This document shows, piece by piece, positions 25,196-32,779 of a stretch of DNA of 32,779 nucleotides. The position numbers and the translations under genes were made by a program. Source of the DNA: a virus. Taxonomy: Duplodnaviria > Caudoviricetes. The stretch covers positions 1 to 32,779 of IMG/VR virus record IMGVR_UViG_3300043478_000008; one strand, 5' to 3'. Every line of letters begins with the position of its first letter. Position 1 is the stretch's first letter. Below the pieces are notes generated by a model that was not told the origin of the DNA, did not search any database, and saw nothing but the letters and a program-made list of their open reading frames with translations.

Positions 25196-25426
25196 ATGAA
25201 GATTCTTCGTAGGTTCCGGGAAATGCGTGTCAGTTTCAATATCGTTTTGATCGAGTGGAAGTGGAACCGCTCCCTCGACAAGCGCGCCATCCGCAAGGCT
25301 GACCGAGAGGCCTTGCGTGAGCAGGAGAACCGAGGAGGCGACAGCTTCTTCAGTAAGATGGTTAAGGAAGCCAAGGAGGAAGCCAAGGGTTTCGGTTTTG
25401 AGAAGCTTTACTGGAACGTCGCCTAG
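25196..25426 (+). CDS. Hypothetical protein (76 aa)
   Basis: SD GAAAGGAAG; basic and helical. Confidence 0.65.
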   Translation: MKILRRFREMRVSFNIVLIEWKWNRSLDKRAIRKADREALREQENRGGDSFFSKMVKEAKEEAKGFGFEKLYWNVA

Positions 25427-25443
25427 CGCAGAAGGATTGTCGA

Positions 25444-26199
25444 ATGAATCTGTCATCCATCATGAGTCGACTGGCTCGATTCACATCTAACAACTCTCCG
25501 GCAATCCTAACCGGGGTCGGCGTCGCCGGCGTACTCACCACCGCGTTCCTCACTGCTAAGGCGAGCTTTAAGGTAGGGGCTAAGATCGCCTACGTCGAAG
25601 CCGAGTACTTGCAGCACATGTCCTGGCAGCAGAAGAAGGACTTCTTCATCAAGGAGAAGTTGTGGAAGCTCTTTATCCCACCAGCCGCGGTCTGCTTCGC
25701 CACAGTTACGGCCATCATATTCTCCAATCGGATCGAGTACCGGCGAGCAGCTGCGGTAGCAACTGCGTTCGCCATATCTGAGCGAGGGTGGGAGGAATAC
25801 AAGACCAAGATCGTCGAGAAGCTCGGGCCGAAGAAGGAACAGCAGGCTCGCGACGAGGTAGCTCAGGACGAAGTGAATCGCAAGCCTCCGACCATGCAAA
25901 CTGTGATCCTTGGAGAAGGCGATTCTCTTTGCATGGACCGATGGAGCGGAAGATATTTCCGCAGCACGATGGAGCGAGTGAAGACCGCGATGGTCGAAAC
26001 CAACGCTAAGATCTATCGAGAGGACTGGGCATCTCTCACCAGTTTCTACGATGAACTGGGGCTAGAGCCCACGCAGGAATCCGACAACATCGGATGGAAC
26101 AAAGACCATCCTTGCGAGCTGGAGTTCTCCTTCGCAGGGGATTCGGCCGGTCAACCGGTCATGTGTTTCGCGTTCCGGGCAATCCCACACGAGTACTAA
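25444..26199 (+). CDS. Conserved membrane-associated protein (DUF6353-like), paralogue A
   Basis: NSPAILTGVGVAGVLTTA N-terminus; D.WSGRYF.S; FYDELGLEPT...IGW. Confidence 0.75.
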   Translation: MNLSSIMSRLARFTSNNSPAILTGVGVAGVLTTAFLTAKASFKVGAKIAYVEAEYLQHMSWQQKKDFFIKEKLWKLFIPPAAVCFATVTAIIFSNRIEYRRAAAVATAFAISERGWEEYKTKIVEKLGPKKEQQARDEVAQDEVNRKPPTMQTVILGEGDSLCMDRWSGRYFRSTMERVKTAMVETNAKIYREDWASLTSFYDELGLEPTQESDNIGWNKDHPCELEFSFAGDSAGQPVMCFAFRAIPHEY

Positions 26200-26218
26200 C
26201 CAAGACGAAAGGCACGAA

Positions 26219-26443
26219 ATGAACCTGAAGAAGATCCTGCGAGTAGCAATTCCCGTTGTTACGGGTCTGGTGTTCGCTGGCATCTCGATGCTGATCACCC
26301 GTCCCACCGAGCCGGTGGAGCCGGGCTACGATGTCCCGACCGAGGATCCTGACCTGATCAGCACTTCCTGGGTCGCTCCGGAGCCCCCGGTCGAGGTCGT
26401 CACGAAGTCCACCCCCAAGCAGCGTCAGTCCAAGGAGCAGTAG
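26219..26443 (+). CDS. Small membrane protein (74 aa)
   Basis: SD GAAAGG; N-terminal TM segment; Pro/Glu-rich tail. Confidence 0.75.
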   Translation: MNLKKILRVAIPVVTGLVFAGISMLITRPTEPVEPGYDVPTEDPDLISTSWVAPEPPVEVVTKSTPKQRQSKEQ

Positions 26444-26444
26444 A

Positions 26445-27143
26445 ATGCTGAAGAAGATTATTCAGTATAGCGACCTCGACGGAAACCAGGTCGTTGACGA
26501 GTTCTGGTTCCATCTGTCGATCGCCGAAGTTCTGGAGATGGAGAAGGAGGTCGAGGGAGGACTTAGCACTCGTGTGAGGAAAATGATCGATAGTAAGGAC
26601 GAGACCAAGGTCCTTTCGACTTTGCGGGGTATCGTCTCCCGAGCGGTCGGAGCCAAGGCCGCAGACGGTCGACGGTTCATGAAAGGCCCAGAAGACAAGT
26701 CTCCCTTGCTGGATTCAGACGCTTACTCCAAGCTGCTAATCGAGCTCATGACTGTCGACGGAGCGGCCGTGGAGTTTGTAAACGGAATCGTGCCGAAGGA
26801 TCTGAAGGAGCAGGCTCAGGCGGCTGAGGAACTCCAGTCTAAGACGGCGTCCACCTCGACGATGACCAGCATTCCTGAATCTCCCCTGTCGGCGAAGGAA
26901 TTCAACTTCCCGGGGCTCTCGCCTGAGGACAACCAGTCTCTGGCATCGACCCCTGCTCAGGACGAACGTGACTACACGGATTGGCGGACATACACCAAGT
27001 CCGAGTTGACCGAGATGGACAGTGACACGTTCGAAATGGTCAGCGGACTCGTAGGGGGCAAGTTCAAGCCCTCCACCGACAAGGTCCTTCTGAACATCGC
27101 GATTCAGCGTAAGATGCGTTCCGGCGCTCAGGGAGGAGCCTAG
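26445..27143 (+). CDS. Conserved hypothetical protein (232 aa)
   Basis: MLKK.I.Y.D.DG.....F.FHLS..E and G.K..DGRRF.K...S.AYS.L..EL....EFVNGIVP motifs. Confidence 0.8.
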   Translation: MLKKIIQYSDLDGNQVVDEFWFHLSIAEVLEMEKEVEGGLSTRVRKMIDSKDETKVLSTLRGIVSRAVGAKAADGRRFMKGPEDKSPLLDSDAYSKLLIELMTVDGAAVEFVNGIVPKDLKEQAQAAEELQSKTASTSTMTSIPESPLSAKEFNFPGLSPEDNQSLASTPAQDERDYTDWRTYTKSELTEMDSDTFEMVSGLVGGKFKPSTDKVLLNIAIQRKMRSGAQGGA

Positions 27144-27248
27144 ACCAACTACGGTCTCGGTCATTTCCTGCTCGACGTCTTTCTGACGTGTCTCACCGGA
27201 GGATTCTGGGTTCTGTGGATCTTCGTCCGTGAGATGCGTCGTCGGTAA
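27144..27248 (+). other. Start-less 34-codon membrane peptide, in frame after a TAG (readthrough extension or decayed gene)
   Basis: TNYGLGHFLLDVFLTCLTGGFWVLWIFVREMRRR-TAA; SD-like GGAGGAG just upstream of the TAG at 27141-27143. Confidence 0.55.
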
Positions 27249-27257
27249 GTAAGAAGT

Positions 27258-27373
27258 GATATTTGGGGAGTCAGCGAGGTGGTGGCGTGGGAGGGGTCTC
27301 CGCCTAGCCTATTCAGGACGCTCGACTTTTAAAACGACCCGCACCTACGGCGAAACAGGGCGCCCCTTATATC
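27258..27373 (+). ncRNA. Candidate pseudoknotted structured RNA
   Basis: Intergenic. GATAT..GGGG / CCCC..ATATC, AGTC-AGCG / CGCT-GACT, GGCG/CGCC, CCT/AGG, CCC/GGG, plus cross-pairing AGGTG/CACCT. Confidence 0.5.
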
Positions 27374-27398
27374 CAACCAATCTAAGAAAAGAGAACTC

Positions 27399-27560
27399 AT
27401 GAAGTATCCGCAGGGAAGACTAACCTTCGATCAACTCATAGCATTGACTATTATTCAGCGCTGTGAAGAGTGCGGATACGACCATGCTGTCGTGAGGACT
27501 TGCCAAGAGGCTCGCGAAGCAAACACCCCCTATAATGAGACCCCTGAAAAAGGGCTCTAA
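27399..27560 (+). CDS. Small putative Zn-finger protein (53 aa, not in ORF track)
   Basis: MKYPQGRLTFDQLIALTIIQRCEECGYDHAVVRTCQEAREANTPYNETPEKGL; CxxC-x3-H-x5-C; only a weak purine-rich SD. Confidence 0.45.
   Translation: MKYPQGRLTFDQLIALTIIQRCEECGYDHAVVRTCQEAREANTPYNETPEKGL
27512..27543 (+). promoter_or_regulatory. Conserved promoter-like repeat, copy 8 (isolated)
   Basis: TCGC gaagc AAACA ccccc TATAAT GAGACCC. Confidence 0.85.
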
Positions 27561-27583
27561 TTATCGTCGATATAAGGAGTAAC

Positions 27584-27805
27584 ATGACCAAGCGTGATAT
27601 TACCAAGGAAGTTGTCAAGATCCTTGTCGGGACTGCAGTGGGTGCCATCATCGACAAAACGATCGTGACTCTGCTTCCGTCCGCCGGAAAGTACAAGGCG
27701 GCAGAAATGGCCGGCATGTTCACGGGATGGTACGTGACGAACACGTATCAGGAGAAGATTGAGAGCCTCGTGGACCGTTTCTACGACAAGCGAGAGGCTC
27801 GTTAA
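27584..27805 (+). CDS. Cassette 8 small hydrophobic protein (73 aa)
   Basis: SD TAAGGAG; hydrophobic VVKILVGTAVGAII. Confidence 0.8.
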   Translation: MTKRDITKEVVKILVGTAVGAIIDKTIVTLLPSAGKYKAAEMAGMFTGWYVTNTYQEKIESLVDRFYDKREAR

Positions 27806-27823
27806 TCCACAAGTACATCCAAG

Positions 27824-27857
27824 AAACTAATTGGCTGAAACTCGCCTTTTAGTTTTT
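27824..27857 (+). terminator. Terminator-like hairpin after cassette 8
   Basis: AAACTAA tt GGC tgaaactc GCC tt TTAGTTT TT. Confidence 0.55.
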
Positions 27858-27876
27858 GTATCTTAAGCGAGGGTAA

Positions 27877-28521
27877 ATGCCGGAGTATCCATCAAACAGC
27901 TACGCCTCCAAGAATCCCAAGCCGGCCGAGGAGAAGCCCAAGGTCGAAAAGGTCATTGTGGGTGGTGTAACCCGCCGGAAGCAGTCTCTAGGAGCTAAAT
28001 TCAAGCAGACTTTCATCGGGGGAGACGCTAATAGTGTCGTGAACTATATTCTTACCGATATCGTCATCCCAACATTCAAGGCTTTGATCCTGGACGTTGG
28101 TAGCCAGGGTCTTGAGCGTACTCTTTACGGGGATACCAGACCTAATGCGCATCGCTCGGCCATGACTCGTCTCGGCGCGACGGCTTACACGGCGTATCAT
28201 CGGGCTTCTCAACAGAACCAGGCACCTCGTCCAGATCCTCGCGCGGTGGCCAATCGAGCGCATACCAAGTCCTACATGGCTTGGGAAGATATTGTGCTCG
28301 ACACTAGAGTAGAGGCTGAGGCTGTCATCGATAAGCTTGTTGAGCTTATCGGTAAGTACGAACAAGCTTCTGTAACCGAGTTGTACGACATGATCGACAT
28401 AAAGGCCGAATACACGGACAACCTGTGGGGGTGGCGGGATATTCGCGGGATGGGTGTCCAGTACATCCGCGGTGGATATTTGCTTCAGCTCCCGCCGCCG
28501 GAAGTGCTCAAGGAGGCGTAA
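27877..28521 (+). CDS. Conserved hypothetical protein (214 aa)
   Basis: YPSNS N-terminus; C-terminal ASVTELYD.......TD..WGW...GGYLLQLP. Confidence 0.8.
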   Translation: MPEYPSNSYASKNPKPAEEKPKVEKVIVGGVTRRKQSLGAKFKQTFIGGDANSVVNYILTDIVIPTFKALILDVGSQGLERTLYGDTRPNAHRSAMTRLGATAYTAYHRASQQNQAPRPDPRAVANRAHTKSYMAWEDIVLDTRVEAEAVIDKLVELIGKYEQASVTELYDMIDIKAEYTDNLWGWRDIRGMGVQYIRGGYLLQLPPPEVLKEA

Positions 28522-28673
28522 TGCCAACTAGCGAGTATCAGGCAGCCGAAGCAATCAAGGGTCTATATCCTGACTCCAGAGCTTGGCAGGGTAAAGTAGA
28601 TCGCATGAAGCCTGCACAGGTACTAGCCATATACCTCAAATTCAAAGCTCGCGGAATACTTAAGGAGTCTTAG
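28521..28673 (+). CDS. Small conserved protein (50 aa)
   Basis: SD AGGAGG; TAATG coupling; YP...W..KVDRM...QV.AIY. Confidence 0.75.
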   Translation: MPTSEYQAAEAIKGLYPDSRAWQGKVDRMKPAQVLAIYLKFKARGILKES

Positions 28674-28675
28674 AC

Positions 28676-29590
28676 ATGAAGATCCGTCTTACGAAGATCA
28701 GTAATGCAATCACAAGTCGAATGGGCAACAAGCTACTGGCTGTCCAGAGCAAGTCTCCCACCATCCTGTTCGCCGCCGGCGTTGTCGGCGTGGTTACCGC
28801 AACCGTTCTGGCTTGTCGGGCTACCCTCAAGCTGGACGAGATCCTCGACGCGCACCAGGAGACCGCTGACAAGATCAATGCTCTTCCTGAAATGGTAGTG
28901 GAATACACCGAACACGACGCCAAGAAGGACCGTCTGCGTCTGCTGATCCGTACCTCGGGTCGAATCGCGAAGCTGTATGCGCCGGGGGTGGCGGTTGGTC
29001 TGGCGGCAATCTGTGCCCTTACCGGATCGCACTTCATCCTAAGTCGCCGCAATGTCAGTCTGGTCGCTTCGTATGCAGCGCTCGACAAGGGCTTCCGGGA
29101 CTACCGTAACCGGGTCGTGGACGAACTGGGCAAGGACAAGGACGACGAGTACCGCTACGGCCAGATCGAGCGTGAGATTGCGGAAGACACCAAAACTGGA
29201 GTGGTCGTCAAGACCATCAAGACGTTCGATCCGAACAAGGTGTCCGTTTACGCGAAGATCTTCGATGAGAGCTGCCCGACGTACGAGCGTAACTCGGAAT
29301 CCAATCGGACGTTCCTCCAGTGTCAGCAGAACTTCTGGAATCACCGGCTGCATGCCAGGGGTCACGTATTCCTGAACGAGGTCTACAAGGGTTTGGGCTT
29401 CGAGCCTACTCAGGCTGGTCAGGCAGTTGGGTGGACCCTCGGCAAGGATCGAGACAATTATATCTCGTTCGGCATCTTCGAGAACCTCGATAACGAACGA
29501 GTTCGTGCATTCGTGAACGGCAACGAGCGTTCCATCCTGCTCGACTTCAACGTCGATGGGCCCATTCTCAATATGCTTGAGGAGCTCTAG
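28676..29590 (+). CDS. Conserved membrane-associated protein (DUF6353-like), paralogue B
   Basis: KSPTILFAAGVVGVVTATVLACRAT N-terminus; GHVFLNEVY..LG...T.AG..VGW; LDFNVDG.I. Confidence 0.8.
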   Translation: MKIRLTKISNAITSRMGNKLLAVQSKSPTILFAAGVVGVVTATVLACRATLKLDEILDAHQETADKINALPEMVVEYTEHDAKKDRLRLLIRTSGRIAKLYAPGVAVGLAAICALTGSHFILSRRNVSLVASYAALDKGFRDYRNRVVDELGKDKDDEYRYGQIEREIAEDTKTGVVVKTIKTFDPNKVSVYAKIFDESCPTYERNSESNRTFLQCQQNFWNHRLHARGHVFLNEVYKGLGFEPTQAGQAVGWTLGKDRDNYISFGIFENLDNERVRAFVNGNERSILLDFNVDGPILNMLEEL

Positions 29591-29591
29591 C

Positions 29592-30473
29592 ATGAATTAC
29601 AAGACTTTGCTGATCGCCGGCGGAGCAGTTCTCGCATCGGGTGCTGCTGGCGTCGCGGTCGGTTTCCGACTCGCATATCGCAAGGCTGCTTTCCAGTTTG
29701 ACGAAGAACTCAAGAAGCAGATCGAAGCGGCGGAGCAACTTTTCAAGATGAAGTACAAGGTGGGGATGTACCGGAGCCCCGTCGAGATGGTGGAGAGCGT
29801 TGTGGCATCTTCAGGTCAGACCAAGGTTCAAATGGACGCTCACAAGGCTGCGTACGACACTCGCACCACGTCGAGTGATCCTGAGACACTTCGACGGATC
29901 ATCTCTGGCCTGCGCAAGGACGAGGTAGGCATGCCTCCGGGTCACCCGATCAGCGGTCCTCCGACGAACGGTCATATTCCCCACGTAGAGGTTGAGGAAA
30001 ACCCCTCTATTCTTGGTCTAACTGAAGACCTTGAGGAAGCCACCGACGAGGTTAATCACAACCTGTTCGGCGACGGGGACTCGGAATGGCCGAATTACTC
30101 GGAGTATATTGAGGAAAACCCACGGACCCGGGAGGCTCCGTATGTCATCACCGTTCTGGAGTACAGCACGGGCGAGGAGAATTACGACCAGGCTACCTTG
30201 GTCTGGTATGACGAGGATGAAGTCGAGGGTTTGGGCGTCCTGGCGGATCTGGCGGATCTTCCCATCGAGGATGTCGACATGGTCGTCGGTGAAGAAAACA
30301 TGAAGAAGTTCGGTCAGTGGTCGGGCTCGTCCAACACGGTGTATATCCGTAACGAGCGCATCCGTACTGATTTCGAGGTCGCTCGTACCCGAGGGAGCTA
30401 CGCTGAGGCGGTGGGTCTTAAGAATCGACCCAAGACCAAGCGTAAGGCTGCTCGACGGGGCGCAGATGAGTGA
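29592..30473 (+). CDS. Membrane-anchored acidic hypothetical protein
   Basis: N-terminal TM segment; PYVI...E, L.WY...VLAD and FG..S....VYIRNE....DFEV motifs. Confidence 0.75.
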   Translation: MNYKTLLIAGGAVLASGAAGVAVGFRLAYRKAAFQFDEELKKQIEAAEQLFKMKYKVGMYRSPVEMVESVVASSGQTKVQMDAHKAAYDTRTTSSDPETLRRIISGLRKDEVGMPPGHPISGPPTNGHIPHVEVEENPSILGLTEDLEEATDEVNHNLFGDGDSEWPNYSEYIEENPRTREAPYVITVLEYSTGEENYDQATLVWYDEDEVEGLGVLADLADLPIEDVDMVVGEENMKKFGQWSGSSNTVYIRNERIRTDFEVARTRGSYAEAVGLKNRPKTKRKAARRGADE

Positions 30474-31009
30474 ATCCCCCGCTTGACGAGTCATATTTCA
30501 GGTGGCTCTATTCACAAGTCTGCGACGTGGAGGAGATTAGGCCTTCCAGAACATATTGGGGACTTCTGAGACAACTCTACGTCACTGAGTTTGTCTGGAT
30601 TATCCCCAACGACGATAACCGCGCGGATGACGGGAAGGATCTTAGAGCCTTCTTTGCCAAAGAGATGGGTCTCTATGATTACGCTGGAATCATAGACCCT
30701 GTCTGGGAATCACTTGGCTGCTCCATGCTGGAGCTTCTTATTGGACTGTCGCGGAGGCTCTCCTTCCAAGCTGAGGGAGAGCCCCGCGTCTGGTTCTGGC
30801 GTCTAATCAAGAATGCCAACCTACTCCTCGATTGCGATCTCAGAAAATTTCCGCGAGCGGAGATTTCCGAGAAACTCGATAGGATAATCTGGAGGAAATA
30901 TGAGTATAATGGACATGGTGGACTGTTCCCCCTAAGAGATTCCTATGCTGACCAGAGAGAAGTAGAGCTCTGGTACCAGATGCAAGCATATGTGATCCAG
31001 AACTGTTGA
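30470..31009 (+). CDS. Conserved hypothetical protein (179 aa)
   Basis: GTGA overlap; YF.WL, NDDNRA.DG..LR, CSMLE.L..L and G.GGLFPL.....DQR.VELWYQM motifs. Confidence 0.8.
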   Translation: MNPPLDESYFRWLYSQVCDVEEIRPSRTYWGLLRQLYVTEFVWIIPNDDNRADDGKDLRAFFAKEMGLYDYAGIIDPVWESLGCSMLELLIGLSRRLSFQAEGEPRVWFWRLIKNANLLLDCDLRKFPRAEISEKLDRIIWRKYEYNGHGGLFPLRDSYADQREVELWYQMQAYVIQNC

Positions 31010-31024
31010 GCGGAGGGAGGTTAG

Positions 31025-32779
31025 ATGGATTTCTTCTACATAGGCACACGTGACGTCAAGGGATCAGTGGAGATATTTCCAGATTTCGTGGTTGGACGAT
31101 CTAAAGACCTGATGGTCCAAGGTAAATCGTTCTACGCTATCTGGGACGAGAAGCGAAATCTATGGTCTACGGACGAATACGACGTTCAGCGTCTTGTCGA
31201 CGAAGAACTCAGTGCCTATGCCGAGGGACAGAAACTCCTCGGCTTGGAATGCAAAATTAAATACCTCCGTTCTTTCAGTAATGGTGGATGGAAGCAATTT
31301 CGGAATTTCTTGACGAACGTCAGTGATAACCATCATCAGCTTGACGAGACACTGACGTTTGCGAATAGTGAAACTAAGAAAACCGATTACGTCTCCCGGA
31401 AGCTGCCCTATTCGATGGAGAAAAAGCCCTGTCCTGCCTGGGATGAGGTGATTGGGACTCTGTACGATCCCGACGAACGTGCCAAGCTGGAGTGGGCGAT
31501 CGGGGCAGTTATATCGGGGGACTCCAAGAAGATCCAGAAGTTCCTCGTGCTGTACGGCAGTGGTGGGACCGGCAAGGGCACGGCTCTAAGCGTAATCAAG
31601 AAGTTGTTCGAGGGGTACACGTCGACGTTTGATGCGAAATCCCTGACCAGCAATGGTAGTAACTTCGCCATGGAGATATTCAAGAACCACCCTCTGGTGG
31701 CGATCCAGTTTGACGGGGACTTGTCGAAGATCGAGGACAACACCAAGCTGAACTCGATCGTATCTCACGAGCCCATGACGATGAACGAGAAGTACAAGCC
31801 CACCTACACTTCTCATCTCAACGCGTTTCTGTTCATGGGTACGAACAAGCCTGTCAGGATTACGGATGCCAAGTCGGGTCTTATTCGTCGACTGATCGAC
31901 GTCCATCCGTCGAAGCGTCTTATTCCGGCGAATCACTACAATACTCTCATTTCACAGATCGACTTCGAGTTGGGGGCAATCGCGAACCACTGCCTCGAAG
32001 TATATCGTGATCTGGGTAAGAACTATTACAACAACTACAAGCCGCTTGAGATGCAGCTCCAGACGGATGTCTTTTTCAATTTCATCGAGGCTCACTTTGA
32101 CATATTCAAGGAGCAGGATGGCACGTCCCTTAAACAGGCGTACGCGCTTTACAAGACTTACGTACAAGAGAGTGGGCTTGAATTCTCTCTTGCTCAGCAC
32201 AAATTCCGGGAAGAACTTCGTAATTACTTCGACACGTTTGAGGATCGCTTTGTGGTCGGGGGCGTTACGATGTTCAGTTATTACAAAGGTTTTAACGCGC
32301 AGGCGTTCAAGACTGTTGTAGGCAAGGATGCGAGTGTTTTCTCCTTGGTGATGGACGAGACCACGTCTATATTCGATCTAGAGTTCGCAGATCAACCCGC
32401 TCAGCTAGCCAAGGAAGATGGCACTCCATCTACGAGATGGTCCTTGGTCAAGACTACGCTCGCGGTGGTCGATACCTCAGAATTGCATTACGTCAAGGTT
32501 CCAGAGAATCATATTGTGATCGACTTCGATCTCAAGGACGACAATGGAGACAAATCTCTCGAACGAAATCTCGCAGCAGCTAGCGAATGGCCTGCTACAT
32601 ATGGAGAACTTAGCAGAAGTGGAGCCGGGGTCCATCTGCATTATATCTACGACGGATCTGTCGACCAACTCGCTACGATATACGATGACGGGATTGAAGT
32701 CAAAGTATTTTCAGGGAATGCTTCCTTGCGAAGGCGACTGTCTAAGTGCAATCATGTGCCGGTTGCGACCCTGAGTACA
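31025..32779 (+). CDS. DNA helicase (SF3/D5-like) / primase-polymerase fusion, 3' truncated
   Basis: SD GGAGGGAGG, ATG 31025, open to the window end (absent from the ORF track). Walker A LYGSGGTGKGT, FLFMGTN, and AEP-like IVIDFD and SRSGAGVHLHY, all in one frame. Confidence 0.88.
   Translation, partial: MDFFYIGTRDVKGSVEIFPDFVVGRSKDLMVQGKSFYAIWDEKRNLWSTDEYDVQRLVDEELSAYAEGQKLLGLECKIKYLRSFSNGGWKQFRNFLTNVSDNHHQLDETLTFANSETKKTDYVSRKLPYSMEKKPCPAWDEVIGTLYDPDERAKLEWAIGAVISGDSKKIQKFLVLYGSGGTGKGTALSVIKKLFEGYTSTFDAKSLTSNGSNFAMEIFKNHPLVAIQFDGDLSKIEDNTKLNSIVSHEPMTMNEKYKPTYTSHLNAFLFMGTNKPVRITDAKSGLIRRLIDVHPSKRLIPANHYNTLISQIDFELGAIANHCLEVYRDLGKNYYNNYKPLEMQLQTDVFFNFIEAHFDIFKEQDGTSLKQAYALYKTYVQESGLEFSLAQHKFREELRNYFDTFEDRFVVGGVTMFSYYKGFNAQAFKTVVGKDASVFSLVMDETTSIFDLEFADQPAQLAKEDGTPSTRWSLVKTTLAVVDTSELHYVKVPENHIVIDFDLKDDNGDKSLERNLAAASEWPATYGELSRSGAGVHLHYIYDGSVDQLATIYDDGIEVKVFSGNASLRRRLSKCNHVPVATLST

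Noticed and set aside
197-29590. Genome-wide TAG reassignment (code 15)
   Set aside because: Long genes contain no internal TAG, and TAG ends many genes right where the next one begins.
30886-30915. TATAATGG inside the 30470..31009 gene as a ninth promoter copy
   Set aside because: Lacks TCGC and AAACA at the conserved spacing.

Overview
A 32.8 kb segment of a tailed siphovirus genome with all credible genes on the + strand. Gene order and protein motifs fit the Lactococcus 1706 / Rhodococcus ReqiPepy6-like group of phages, and the host is probably an actinomycete (family and host assigned from recalled motifs, not a database search). 1-21.4 kb is the virion and packaging module: head-fibre end, putative TerS, HNH, an Acb2/Tad1-like protein, endolysin, connector, TerL, portal, protease-scaffold-capsid fusion, two major tail paralogues, tape measure, Dit, minor tail and an FN3 protein. 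Three small genes there share an N-terminal LxH-FGxKGMxWG tag. 21.4-22.6 kb holds membrane and holin genes. 22.56-24.6 kb is an array of seven self-contained cassettes, each a conserved promoter-like motif (TCGC-N5-AAACA-N5-TATAAT-GAGACCC), a payload and a terminator; an eighth copy lies at 27.5 kb. Seven payloads are small hydrophobic proteins, and one (24156-24324) is a highly structured non-coding RNA. Two more structured non-coding elements lie at 25075-25156 and 27258-27373. The window ends inside a large helicase/primase-polymerase gene. No tRNA, CRISPR array, integrase or IS element was seen.
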